The notes below the pieces were generated by a model. It made no database searches. It was not told the DNA's origin and worked only from the letters and a program-made list of their open reading frames with translations. A stretch of 62,810 nt of DNA, counting the filler, from Rhabdomonas costata (taxonomy: Eukaryota), in NCBI GenBank assembly GCA_019059605.1. It is 34 parts of 34 records of this genome, joined end to end, with 100 filler letters (N's around TTAATTAATTAA, not from the genome) between each part and the next. Parts side by side here need not be neighbours in the genome. Positions count along the whole stretch, not along the records: positions 24,074 to 25,824 come from JAHMHO010009601.1; positions 25,925 to 27,665 come from JAHMHO010009602.1; positions 27,766 to 29,516 come from JAHMHO010009603.1; positions 29,617 to 31,367 come from JAHMHO010009604.1; positions 31,468 to 33,215 come from JAHMHO010009605.1; positions 33,316 to 35,065 come from JAHMHO010009606.1; positions 35,166 to 36,913 come from JAHMHO010009607.1; positions 37,014 to 38,763 come from JAHMHO010009608.1; 26 more parts are not named here. One strand, written 5' to 3'. The first letter of the stretch is position 1, and every line of letters starts with the position of its first letter. Below, one piece after another: positions 24,826 to 37,503 of the stretch. The translations under genes and the position numbers were made by a program.

Positions 24826-25407
24826 ATCCGCATTGTCAGCTGCACGAACCTCTGGACATTGTTGTAGTTCTGTCCGGAACTAACTAACGTTGAGAACTTA
24901 CAGAATGGCTTTTTTCACTGTGAAGAGGAAAATGGTTTTCGTAGTCTTGCCTTAAAAATTTCGCTTCAGCCCTCCTTTCGGATTTATTGAGAGGAATCTT
25001 TCGAGAAAAAATGCCCCAAAGAAGGAAGGCAGCAAACCCGCCGAAAGGACATGGCATGGGCATGCTTGCCGTTGCCAGAAGGCAATTCCTGAGCTCTAAT
25101 TTCCAGGTCTCAAGCACAAGGGAGAAGGGCGCGACATACGCTTTAACAGGATGTGCTGAATTTCTTGCCCAGCTTGCTGTTCTGGCGTGATTGCTGAGGT
25201 CTGAAAAAACCTGCGACAAAAAGGACAACAGATATTGACCATTCATTCAGAGATTATTATACGGAGACCGGGAGAGAAATAGGATCCGGAAACCTTCGAG
25301 TGGCCAAAGGCGACATGGACTCAGCGGAATCTGCCAGCTCAAAATCCATCGATAACGCAGAAAGGTTGAAGGTCTTCATGAAGGTGTCTTTCACTTCGGG
25401 AAAGTGC
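24826..25407 (-). CDS. Two phase-compatible exons, unknown protein
   Basis: 25294-25407 (HFPEVKDTFMKTFNLSALSMDFEL) and 24826-24879 (SGQNYNNVQRFVQLTMR, donor GTAAGC). Confidence 0.35.
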
Positions 25408-26246
25408 CTTTCACCGTAACAATACAAAGCACAAGAGGGAAAAGCCGACACAAAAGCTGCCCAGAATAACAAAAACAAAGCATTTGTGAATGTTCGGTAA
25501 CGAAACACGTCTTGTTCCTACTGGGTCACACCGCAATTTCTTTGGTCGTGGGGTTGGAGCGAAGCGGGAGGAGGGGTTAACGCCACGGCACCCCCCCCCC
25601 CCGGATGTCAAATGAAATGAAAGCGCTCAACGCAGGGCTGGGAACAAGAAGCCGACGGTCGCTCAACAGAAACGGGGTCTTTTAGAAGCGACGCGCTCAT
25701 CCACTGTTAGCAGCACAAATCCCTGTTGTCTATCTGTTGCCTGTCCTTGAACAGCGGTCTTCCCCGGAACCGGCCCTACGACTACCGCCATAGGCTCCGA
25801 TGTATGCTCGCATGCCCCCCAACANNNNNNNNNNNNNNNNNNNNNNNNNNNNNNNNNNNNNNNNNNNNTTAATTAATTAANNNNNNNNNNNNNNNNNNNN
25901 NNNNNNNNNNNNNNNNNNNNNNNNGTTTTGGGTGTGCTTGGGGGGGTTGGGTGAAGCATGCGTGGAGATTTTTTCATTGAGTTCATTGGTGCTCCATGGT
26001 GCTCCAGTTCGATCGAGAAGGCCCCAAGGCGTTTTTTGCAGCACTTGATTTGGGTCCGCAATTGCGTGGAGTGCAGTGCATTGCACGTCAAACGAACACC
26101 AAAGTCAAACCAGAATGAAAGCGGTTGAACCTCGTCACCACTTTCTCCCCTGGTTCTACAGTTCAGAAACAGCTTAAAGTATTTCTTCTTCACTACTGCT
26201 GCCGACGGGCTTGCCTGCAATGCCCGAGGCCTTCTCTGCGCGCCCA

Positions 26247-26866
26247 ATGGGCGTGCGTTCTCTCGCCGTTGTGCTGGTGCTTGCGTTGGGAATGACGATT
26301 GGAGTGGGGGCGGCAAAGCCGCTGAAGGGGAAGTGGGTGCAGACCAAGGAGCAGCTCATCGTCTCTCTTCAAGTGATTTGCAAGCCCGAGACCAGGGCAG
26401 TCTCCCTCACCGATGACACCTTCTCCTTCAAATGCACTGCTGCCGCCGACAGCCAGGCATGAGAGCCTCTCCTCTCTCCTCTTTTTTCGGTGCGCTCCCA
26501 GCATCTCAGTGCTTCAACATATGGTGCCCGATTCCCGACCGACCGCCTGTGGATGTGAGCATCTGCACTGCATGGAGGTGTGTTTTTTGTTATGCGTGTC
26601 GTGTGTAAATTTGCCACCTTTGCCACTGATTGAATTGGTTAATTGCACCCACACGTACACATGCCGTTCTGCCATCCCCAACACTCGTATCCCTCACCGC
26701 CCTCCTCCTAACATTAAAGGACTACGAGCTTACTTTTGATCTCCGTGAAGAGATTGATAGTTCGAAGTCCTCCTGCGAGCCCGCTGGGAAGGGCGAAGTG
26801 TGCATCCTGATCAAGCGGGAACCCCATTGGTTCGACCGCCTTTCTGCAGACCCCAATGCGCTGAAG
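26247..26866 (+). CDS. Signal-peptide CS-domain (p23/Sba1-like) co-chaperone, first two exons
   Basis: MGVRSLAVVLVLALGMTIGVGAA then KWVQTKEQLIVSL...FSFKC (26247-26456); GC-AG intron; DYELTFDLREEIDSSKS...CILIKREPHWFDRL (26720-26866), the p23 WaQ...y.....L...I....S...l.K....W..L pattern. Confidence 0.75.
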
Positions 26867-27818
26867 GTGCGGCGGAGCGTCTCTCATTTCTCGTTCCCCT
26901 CTCCCGCTTCACCCATTGCCTTGAACAGACTTTGATTGAATTGTCGGAGGAACGGGTGTCCGGCGAATCATCATTAGGGATCACGTCTCCCCCACACACA
27001 CGTGCCGATGAGACAAAGTGCTTGTGGTTTTGTGTCCCTCAGAACCTTTAGAAGCTGTGCACCAAGCACCTAGAATATTTGGCCGTGGATCGTAATTCAA
27101 CAGGTGGTGGTGTGATAACTGCTCACAAGAACAGCCTGACGGGTAATAATACAAGTTTCTATTGCAAGTGAACAAGCTCGTCACTGCAAGGGTGTAGCTG
27201 TTCGCTTCCTTCACATGCATGGTCCCTAAAAGAATCACCTGTTTCACACCTTCAGCGTCTTTGAAGAACGCTTGCTTCTTGCGCGGCGTCTGAACTAATT
27301 GGACAGAGGCTCCCGAAGCCAGCTCAGCAGCCGCCCCGCGGTCTGACCAAGTGCATTCCAGATGAGATGGATGAGACCTGCACACTTACTCCGGGTTAGG
27401 AGGAAAATGAATGTCCAGGAAGGACCTCCTCGGCAAAAAAAATCATACACGTCCCTCCCTCACCACACACATTCCGCTCATTCTGTTCCGTGTGATTTTG
27501 GAGAGCACTTTTTATAGGTGAGTGGCGAGCGCCATTCACCGTAATCTGGACCGGTGGAACCTTTGCATCACTTTAGAAAGCACACTTGCAAAAAAGGATC
27601 TGGAGATGAAGGATTCTACACCTTGCAATGAAGCTAAACCCCCTCCCTTGCATCTTAGCCCCACANNNNNNNNNNNNNNNNNNNNNNNNNNNNNNNNNNN
27701 NNNNNNNNNTTAATTAATTAANNNNNNNNNNNNNNNNNNNNNNNNNNNNNNNNNNNNNNNNNNNNGGGTGTTGTGCCCCCAAGGGTCGTTTGGTTCTGTT
27801 TTAGTACTTTGTGCCCAG

Positions 27819-29516
27819 GTCATTGTCGCGATGGCCATTGCGGTGTACTTCCGAAGGTTGGAGAGGGCGCGACGTCTATTGGCGGAGGCGCCGACCGGGA
27901 TTGTCGCCATTGTGTTTACTGACATACAGGTGGTGTTGTCCGTGTGGGTGCCTTGGAAAGCAGGATATATGTTATGGTGTGTTTGACAGCGACTGTTCGC
28001 TTTCGAGCCAGGGTGCAGCCTTGGGTCCCAGGCAGCCCCTTGCTTTCCTGTACCGGTATCTGTGCGTGCTTTGAACTGAAAGCCTTCTTCAGTGTGGCTT
28101 TTTTGTGTGAAGGAGTGCTATGTGTGTGTGCAACCCCAGACACCAGTCTCATGTGTGCGTACGTGGCTGTGTGGGACGCAGGGCTCGACGCAGCTGTGGG
28201 ACCAGCACCCTGGGGCTATGTCCAAGGCCCTTGAGCTTCACAACGACTTGATCCGAGAGGAGATGCTGAAGTTTGGGGGCTACGAGGTCAAGACGATCGG
28301 GGACAGCTTTATGGTATATGTCGGCCCCATCTCTCAATCAAACAAAAACGCTTTTTGCACTGGAAAGCTCACCATTTTTCCACCCACACACGCGCCGGAG
28401 ACCGCATGCAGTTGCTGGATCAAAGCCTCCTAGTTCTCGCCCCTTATTTCACCCACCCAACGACACACGTCTCTCCCAAAGTAACTTGCAGTCAGAGAGC
28501 GTCCGTTTAGCAGCTTTAGCAGAAGCTCTTTCAGATCGATGGTCATTGCAATCCAATCGCATATTCGTTTGTTTGAGAGTCAAGACTTCAAGTCAAGCGA
28601 TCGCAGTATTATTTTGGCGCACTTTGGGTCTAATTTTGCATTAGGCTCTTCCATCGGATTAAGGCGCTCCTGCAAGAACCCTTGCTCCGGCTGACATTCT
28701 TTCCCGCGACTTTGTGGGGACTTCATTTCCTGAAGGACTGTTCTTTTCTGCAGATGGCCTTCTCCAACGCGGAGGAGGCAATGTGCTGCTGCGTGAGGAT
28801 TCAGCTTGCTCTGCTGGACTTGCCCTGGCCCGAGGCTTTGCTGCAGACGGAGACGTGCAAGCCTGTGGCCAGGAAGGACGGCTCCTTTCTTTGGCGAGGT
28901 AATCTCCACTTGCTTTGATGGTGGCCTTCCACCCCACCAGTCGCAGTGCAGTGCAGTGCTGGATTTATTTTATTCCGGGAGATTTGATGTTTGTTTGTGT
29001 GCGATTCGACCGCCCACGCTCATTGCATTCTGTGTGAAGGGTCGCCGTCTTCTCGGGTGATTTTCGGGTGGTGGGTGAATTTCAGCGGGCAAGGGGAGTG
29101 ATTTCGTACTGTGGTGTGGATGCACTCTACAGGGCGTCGAAGCAGATGACTCTTGTATTTTGCTGGCGAAGCATCATCCGACGTTGGCTGACTCTCGCAG
29201 TATTAATCGGCCTATTAACTTTTCATGTATCCTGGAAGGTGCAGACCCGATAGCCTATTCTTTGATTATCACACAACCACACACACACACACACACATGG
29301 CGCGTGCCCGTTCTCCGCTGCTTGCTTCGCAAGACCATGTGTTCTGTTGGGTTCTTCTTGCCTTTGTGGTTCATGTCGTCCAGTCGAGGACTTCTGTGAG
29401 CTTTCTCGCTATCCCAGGACTTCGAGTGCGGATGGGGGTGCAAGTCGGGGAGCCCGAGGTAGTGGTGGACCACTCCACGAGCCGGGTGGACTACTTTGGG
29501 CCCGCGGTGAACGAGG
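27819..29516 (+). CDS. Receptor-type adenylate cyclase (class III), TM helix + catalytic domain, four exons
   Basis: Exons 27819-27929, 28182-28313, 28754-28898, 29418-29516 give APTGIVAIVFTDIQGSTQLW...YEVKTIGDSFMMAF...WRGLRVRMG...VDYFGPAVNE; metal Asps and ATP-specifying Lys/Asp intact. Confidence 0.93.
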
Positions 29517-30402
29517 NNNNNNNNNNNNNNNNNNNNNNNNNNNNNNNNNNNNNNNNNNNNTTAATTAATTAANNNNNNNNNNNNNNNNNNNNNNNNNNNN
29601 NNNNNNNNNNNNNNNNGGTTGGGTAGGAAGAGACAGAAACGAATCTGCAGTATTTTCCTGGGACAAGAAGGGGAAGGGGGTGCATACATCTCCTCTAACT
29701 GGTCCATCCAGTGGTTCGGTGGCAGGTAGAGGGATCCAACGGTCCGGTCTATTTTTTGTGGGGGGCATTCCTTGTCTTTCACGTTGGTCAGTATTGGTGG
29801 TAGGAACTCATTCCTTGCTGGGCTCTAGTCACCAAAAGGGATTCGATTAATTAGGGGCGGCGGAAGCCAGCCCGCAGCGGACGTTCCCTGGGGGTAGATT
29901 TCAATAGTTCGTGGCGATACAACTCAAACCGAACTATGTGAACTTAGTGTCTAGGCGGGCCGGTATCCCGGGATTTAGTTTCGTCCCTCGTCGTATAACA
30001 CAGTTATACCGTACAACCGTTATACCGTTTAACGCACACTCCCCCCATCAGACCAGACCCGGGATCCAGGATGCACCTGATCCTGAGGGGGAGGGGAATC
30101 CAGGATACACAAGCGCCTCCAATTTCTAGACCTTCCTTGTTCGTTGCAGTTGAGGTGTGAACATCTGTCGTCTCGAAAACAGCGCTTTACCTGAAATTTT
30201 ATTCTAAAACAAAAACTCACTTTCCAATATTCATCAGGGCGTAGCAACTGCGCGCACAAAAAGGTTTCCTCTCACAATGTTCACAACATAGGCAGAAAAC
30301 AGGAAGCCCGCCCTAGGGACGGCACAGAAGACCTGCACACGTTTTGGCAGAGGATGGGATGTGGAAATGGGAAACGCTGAGGGGCGCTAGTGGTGGTGCA
30401 AC

Positions 30403-31060
30403 CAGCAACGCAGCACTCATCGGGTGTACAGGTAAACGAGGTGCAGCGTCGAGCGACAGGGATCCGCATCAACCCGCAGGATACGTTGGAGTCGGTGCAA
30501 ACTGGAGCTGAAACGCAGAAGCGCAGCGACTGTGCAGTATTTGGCAAGAGTTTGGTGCGTGGAGCACGCTCTACCAATACTTGAACTTCAACACAAATGC
30601 CAACCCTCGGTCTCGTGGATATGTTCTACCGAAGTCAACGCTGGATTCCTGGCATATGTGAGCAGGTGACCGGGCCGCCTAATTTTGCATTTAAGGATCG
30701 TGACAGATTTGGGAGACAGTCCCGAAGCTTGATGTACATATTCTGAACCGTAATACCCCAAAACTCTTCTGAAAGCAGCACTGTTTGCTGCCAGTCTTCA
30801 AACCATGCCCGATGCCTAGAGATTATGTGAAAGGCAATAATTCTTAGCAAAAACAGAAACTTACAGACAGTAAGCATAGAAAAATGGTGAGACTACGAGG
30901 ATCCCTTGATCATAAGTCACAGCAAAACAGTGACCAAAGTACCTACCCTCCACACAGCACTCCTCGGGAGTGCAAGTGAGTAGGCGGCACCTCCGGCTCG
31001 CCGCGTCGGGCATCAACAACTCAGTGGGCCCACACCAATCCAAATCTGCGCATGTCGGAG
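30403..31060 (-). CDS. Cys-rich repeat extracellular protein, two paralogous exons
   Basis: Exons 30947-31060 (PTCADLDWCG...RRCRLLTCTPEECCVE) and 30403-30507 (PVCTDSNVSCG...RRCTSFTCTPDECCVA), six Cys each, both phase 1-1. Confidence 0.75.
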
Positions 31061-31638
31061 CTGAAAAATCACAGCAAAGGACGTACAACACGAAGTACCC
31101 TGCAAAGCTCCAGGACAATGCAAACTACAGCAAAGCAATGTCCCATCTTTTAAAACTTTTGAATACAGAAAAAAGACTCTCGTAGGATTGGCAAAAGCGC
31201 GATTTTCGGACCGGTCCATTGAAAGTGCATTATCGAACAGCAACACTGAGTAAACTCACGCGTTACACAGTTGTAATTTGCGTTCTTGCACGGCGTTTGA
31301 GCATGTGATCCCCTCCAAGATCGGGGGGCTCCTATTACCCACAGGCACCTCCCTAAAACCCACAACCNNNNNNNNNNNNNNNNNNNNNNNNNNNNNNNNN
31401 NNNNNNNNNNNTTAATTAATTAANNNNNNNNNNNNNNNNNNNNNNNNNNNNNNNNNNNNNNNNNNNNGGGGCCTGCCCCTTCTTTCCATTCTTTTCCGTT
31501 TTTGTTTTATTTTCTCTCATCATTCAAGCAGATGTTTGCATTTGCTCTTCCCACTCTTCCAAGTTTATTTTGTGACATGTGCGAGTGCCGTGAAGGAGTC
31601 TGTGGTATCAGGAGATCCTCTTAATTTAATTCTCTGAA

Positions 31639-32681
31639 ATGTACCGCAACCAACCGTACGGAGGACCTGGGCCTTATGGCGGCCCAGGTCCTGGATACGG
31701 TGGTCCTGGATACGGTGGTCCTGGGTATGGTGGACCTGGGCCCTATGGTGGACCTGGGCCCTATGGTGGGCGAGGACGTGGACCACATGGTGGGCCCGGA
31801 CCATATGGTGGTCCTGGTCCTGGTCCTGGTCCTGGGCCCTATGGTGGGCGTGGACCTAACGGTGGTACCGGACCTTATGGGGCCCCACCTCCACTCCAGA
31901 ACCCTCAGTATGCCCCGGGCTTTGCTCCCGGTGCCCAGGTGATAATTGTTGGCACTTCCAATGCGCATTTGCCGCCCCGAGTCGCAGGTGTTGCTGTTGC
32001 TTCTGCTATGTAGGGGCTCCCTCTCTCAGCTCTTTGTCTCTCCCGCTCTTTACCGCAGTGATCAGTCGGTAATACTGCAAGCTGCATGGCGTCGTCTCAT
32101 TTCTGCTACATCCTACGGCTCCTCCGCATCCTTTCAAATGCTTAACAAGTGCCCTTCCATGATGTGTTTTGGGGATGCAATTTCTGGTTATTTCCTCTCT
32201 CTCTCTCTGCCTCCTAATTGTGAGTTTGTGATTCTTAGATAACCTCCACAGGCTTGTCCCTTTGAAGCATTGCCATTCGCACTTTGCCGCATTTGAAAAA
32301 CAATGCCCACTGTTCAGCAGTACAAAGCATGTAAGCTTCCCTAACTTTTTCGATGGATTTGATCGGACTGAGGAGCAGATGCCGCGTGATGAAAACGCCA
32401 CAGTGGGGTATTCTCTGGGTGACCTAATAGTTGGGGTGCCCGTGGGGGCCACCGTGGCTTGGAGCCGCTTCAGCGTGACGGTGACCTGCCCGTCCTGCGG
32501 GCATGCCGGGCCCACGGTGGTGCGGTACGAGCACGGCCGCGGAGCGTGGTTGATGTGTGTGGCGCTGTTCCTTGTGTTCTGGCCTCTGTGCTGGCTGCCG
32601 TTCTGCATGCGGGAGTTCAAGGACAGCGTGCACTTCTGCGAGCGTTGCAACGCGTTCATTGGCAGGCGGTATTTTATATGA
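31639..32681 (+). CDS. LITAF/SIMPLE zinc-ribbon protein with Gly-Pro-Tyr repeat N-terminus
   Basis: First exon from 31639 with GGPGPY/GGPGY repeats; last exon 32431-32681 VTCPSCG...hydrophobic stretch...LCWLPFC...KDSVHFCERC (CxxC...HxCxxC). Confidence 0.88.
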
Positions 32682-33680
32682 GTATCCCCAATGATCGAGG
32701 GCCCCGAGCGGGCCTGTTTTTGCAGGCGAGCGGGCTTTTGCGTGCTATGCGATGTGCTCCTCCTGCCGTGGGAAAGCCGGCTGTGTCTTTGAATGCAATG
32801 CTCTTGGGCGGTTTACTTTTGACTGTATGTTTGTAGGTGCTCCTGAATGATGGGTGGCTCATGTCTGTGCCGTTGCAGTCGCATTATTATCTTTTGCTGT
32901 CGGGTTTGATTTGGATTGAATCTGGCTGCTGCTCTTTGGAACTGCGTCTCGAGCGGTTCGTTAGGTTTATGATATGGCCACAAGCAATGCTTCGAGGTTG
33001 CTGGAGCTCCAGTGTCTTGCGTCGGGCGGCTTGGGGTAGTTCTTTTTAGGTCGATGCTGAAGAACTTCCATTTTCTGACTATTTACCTTTATTCTTCGAA
33101 TACAACTTTTTCAAAGCTTTTTTCGCGTGTGAAGCTTTTTGTGAAGGGGTTTGGAGTCAGCAAAAACCGGTTTGCCACACCCCGCACCCCGACATGGCCG
33201 ACCTGGATCCCAAGCNNNNNNNNNNNNNNNNNNNNNNNNNNNNNNNNNNNNNNNNNNNNTTAATTAATTAANNNNNNNNNNNNNNNNNNNNNNNNNNNNN
33301 NNNNNNNNNNNNNNNGGGTTTTGGGATGGCAAGTTCAGTACGTTGTAAATGGGTCATTGTAAACTCTCATCCGAAACTGGCCTTCAAAAAAAGCCCTCAA
33401 AATGCAAGCAAAATACCTACCAGACATTTGGCCTACACCCTTCCCTTCCCTTCCCTTCCCTTCCCATATCCCATCCTTCTCATCCCATTCCATCCTTCGC
33501 GTCCCATCCAACCCAACCCAACCCAACCCATCCTTCCCTTCCTTCGCTTCGCTCGCTTTCCTTTCTCCTATTCCTCTGGCAAGTTTACAGCTCTTGCGTG
33601 CTATCACCTCTTGCGTCCTTGCCACCTTGCACACAGACATTCTTCCGAGACCCTGCGTCGATTCCTTTTCTTGTCCCCAC

Positions 33681-34867
33681 GGTAGGTGCACTCAATCGTT
33701 ATCAAGCCTGAGCAAGGGCTGAAGAGCAGACCTGCGGCACAGGTGTACCCGGCGCTGCAGTCCAGGCTCTGCGCGGTCCCGTTGACATAAAGGCTGGTCT
33801 GGGTCCCCCCGGTCGAGGTCACCCGGCGCCACACCAGATACAGCCACACCCCTTGGGATAGCGCAGCCGCACCTCGGACCTGTGTGAACATAACCACACA
33901 CACAGCGCGAGCATTGCTCCATCCCTAAGAGGTGGCTGTCACCTATCTACTGTTCCGGATTTTGGTGTGCGGTTGGCTGTCTCGTCCTGAGGGATCGGGA
34001 TTGGGGTTGGAATTGGAGACTGAATTTCTGGAGTTTGTTGTGACTTTTCCGATTTTCGCATGGAAGCTTTGTGCTCAGAGTTCAACACTTCGCCCAAGTT
34101 GAGAGCTAAGCCGAATGGGGTGTCTTCTGCGCTGAACACTGCGTGGACGGTCCTTCGAGTTACAGTTTTCTGACCCTCCGTGGCTTCTTGCCCCATGCAG
34201 AAGACAGAGGAGGGCGTACGACAGCACCCCGCATAGTGTTCACAAATAGCCAACTCACGCGGAACTGGTCCAGACAAACGGCTCATGGACGCATAACGGC
34301 TGACGAGAATCACTCCTGGGGGGAGGGGCTGTGCAAGGTCGTGCGAGCGGCTGCTCCGGGGGGTCCTTACCGCGGTCACAACCGCAAACCAAGGCTGGGA
34401 GTCTCCCGGAAAAGGGTGCATGGTGGTTGGTGCTTGAGCAGAGCTGCACGCTGCACAACAACGACTGCGCCCAGGATGCAAATGCCACCCCCTACCCCCG
34501 ACCCGGCCCACACGTTCCATTAGATAATCAAGCGATCTGCTACATCAATGCCAGATGTGCCTTACTGAACGGATCACTCTTTTCGAACCAAGAGGCCCCA
34601 GTCTTCATGCCTTTGCGGTGACAGTCCCTGTGGAGTCCACCAGAGTGAGCAGTGGGTGGGCCGACGTGTCCAGGCCAATAGTCACGCGGGTCTGCCCGTT
34701 CGTCGCGGTGTAGTTGCTGAGGATGCTGGGGGCCGAAGTGAGAGTGGTGCCCGAGGGGAGGAGGACCCATGCGGAGACAATCACGATGGGCGAGTCCACC
34801 GCGGTGGCCAAGGGCTGCAGCGTGGTCAGCACCGTGGAGCCGTACAGGGAGAGGGCGTACTCCGACC
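33681..34867 (-). CDS. LamG/concanavalin-like jellyroll domain, extracellular protein fragment
   Basis: Exon 34611-34867 IVIVSAWVLL...ILSNY...VTIGLD; exon 33681-33879 LSQGVWLYLVW...TSLYVNG; phase-0 junction. Confidence 0.7.
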
Positions 34868-35922
34868 CTGGGCACGCAATAGGGTCAATGGGACGAGGGT
34901 GGCTTTCTTTTCACTGCATGCCGAGGGTGAAAGTAGGAATGCGAACGTGGGTCAGCGCTGTATACGCTCTGAAAAAAAGATACTAACCTTTGTTGGGAGT
35001 CACCTCGGTCCACCCCGACAAGGAGGTCTCGTGTCCCACGTGCGTTCCCGCCGGTCGCGGTGGACNNNNNNNNNNNNNNNNNNNNNNNNNNNNNNNNNNN
35101 NNNNNNNNNTTAATTAATTAANNNNNNNNNNNNNNNNNNNNNNNNNNNNNNNNNNNNNNNNNNNNGTTGTTTTTGGCACTCTTGTGTCCCATTGGATGCG
35201 TCAATGCTGACCACCTTTTGTTGCCGTCAGACTTACAGCCCCAAATCCGGACAGCAAGCCACAAGGCAAAAAAGGTGGTCAGCATTGACGCATCCAATGG
35301 GACACAAGAGTGCCAGCAACAATGAGCGCACACAACAGCGGCATTTAATTTGCTAAGCATAAAAATCCGCGGACACTGATGTGTCTTGATTCCCGGAACT
35401 AAAAACTTTTTTGAAGACATTCTTCCTGAAAGGGAGGGAACCTCTGTGATTAATCCGGCTAAACATTCATGTGGGAAACTTGTTGAATTCCGGCCTTTTT
35501 CAAAGCGGAAGGACAACTTTTTTTAAATTAAAAGGACACGCATCCGTGCATCGCATAATTCCATAAACACCATGTCGCCAAAAGAAGGAGGAAGCACGAG
35601 CAGCCTGGCGGAAAAAACTAAATTCTGCTCAGTCCTGATCAATTCTGATGTTTTCCAAAAGGAAAGGACATGCTTGCTGAACAAAAGGGGGTCGGAAAAT
35701 AGGCATCCAGTGGGCCACAGCCGTGTCAGCCCGTGAAACCGCACTCCCAGCTCCACAGGGCATTTTATGAAAAGGACCCGACAACACCAGCTTGTTGTGA
35801 GGCGTGAAAATCCATGCGCAATCGAAACTAAGACACTTTTGTTGGTACTCTTAGTTAGGGTGTCGTAGAGTTTGTGCGGTGGGCCCCTCGAAATATGCAC
35901 GGGAGGAGGGAGGCGTCCGCAC

Positions 35923-36118
35923 CCTCGGCCTCCTCTCGGCTGGGCTTCCGGAAGCCCTGAATCACCAGTGTGCTGCCGTCGTTGCTGAGGTCCACGCTGA
36001 TCTCCCGGCGGTCCATGTTCGGGATGTACGCCTGCAGCACAAAGCGGTCGCGCTGCTGAGAGACGCTGAAGTTGGGCTCCAGGCGCAGACCCCGCCAGCT
36101 GTTGTCGTCCAGAAACAG
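35923..36118 (-). CDS. HSP20/alpha-crystallin domain exon
   Basis: PNFSVSQQRDRFVLQAYIPNMDRREISVDLSNDGSTLVIQGFR; AG/GT bounded, GC3-rich. Confidence 0.75.
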
Positions 36119-37013
36119 CTATGGGAGCGAGATACGCGAGGGTAGAAGCGCGACACACCTCCGACAATGGAAGAGACGGGTGGACGGAACACTTAGGAAA
36201 ACACCTTTCCACTCTGCAAAGGAGAATGTTCTTGAAACCCTGGCATGCATAGTACTCAAAAATGAGGCATTGACATAACTAAAGTACGGGAAGAGGGCGA
36301 AGCCGAAGCAGGCCTGCGGTCTTTTGTATGCACAACATAGGCTTCATTTATGCGCAGAGAAAAAAAAGAAAGGTTAAGGTGCAGTCGTCCGCTTCAAAAA
36401 AACCAAAAGAGGGAGGTATTTGGATTCATTTGGGTGGAGAAGTCGAAGTACAGTTCATGAGATTCAGCGGGAGGCATCCCTATCTCAAAGGATACTGCAC
36501 GAACCAACGGGGGCCGGTTTGTCTGCTAACCATTCATATTGAGTTCTCGAACTAAGCACGACGGTTTTAAACTCTATTAGTATGACAGGAAGATCCACCG
36601 CCTTCCCAGCATTCTAATAGAACATCGAAGTGCAACGCGGTGGTTGCAGGGTGGTAGAGTAGAATTGCAGCTTCCCACACAGCTTTTTCAATTGCGAAAC
36701 ATTCCCGGCGGCAAAATGACTTCCACAACAAACCAGTCTCAGCTCCTGTATCTTCGACGAGAGAAGGGACTGCTCACTCTGGCCCACAAGCTCGTCGAAG
36801 TCCATCTGTACATGCAAAACAGCGAGGAACTTTCAGCTCAATGAACAGTCAACGAGAGACTTTATTCTCATCCTGTCACAGGCTGAAAAGCAAAGTTCAA
36901 CTAAATGGGACCTNNNNNNNNNNNNNNNNNNNNNNNNNNNNNNNNNNNNNNNNNNNNTTAATTAATTAANNNNNNNNNNNNNNNNNNNNNNNNNNNNNNN
37001 NNNNNNNNNNNNN

Positions 37014-37148
37014 TGTGGACAAAGATTGACGTTCGGGCACAGCGAGCTAAGGTAGTTCTATTTCCAAAAATCTCCGGAGGGATCGAGGAGTTTTTTGGAA
37101 ATAGAACTACCTTAGCTCGCTGTGCCCGAACGTCAATCTTTGTCCACA
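37014..37148. repeat. Perfect 57-bp inverted repeat with 21-nt spacer (MITE or amplification fold-back)
   Basis: 37014-37070 is the exact reverse complement of 37092-37148. Confidence 0.9.
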
Positions 37149-37503
37149 GGGAAACCAAGGGACCATCCACCGAAATCCTGAAGGCCCTTCTGCGGTTGGG
37201 GAGGTGCGGATTATGTAGCTGTAGGAGCGGGCTGCAAAACCCAAGAGTTGGTTGTGGTCAATCCAAAAGTCCGCCAAAGGTGACTTAAGATTCATCTCTT
37301 TGCTGGGATGCGAGCACCGCCACAAGCGAATGAAAACGGACAACCTCTTTGGAACAAAAGTTGCAAGATACACAAGGAGGCCTGACGACAGCCACAAGCG
37401 CCCTTCGTGTGGGCCTCGAGCTGGCAACAAAAGACAGACTCTTCGATGCAGAGAAGCCTAGGTCACTGCCTAGGTGTGCGCATTGCTGCACGGCACACAA
37501 AAC

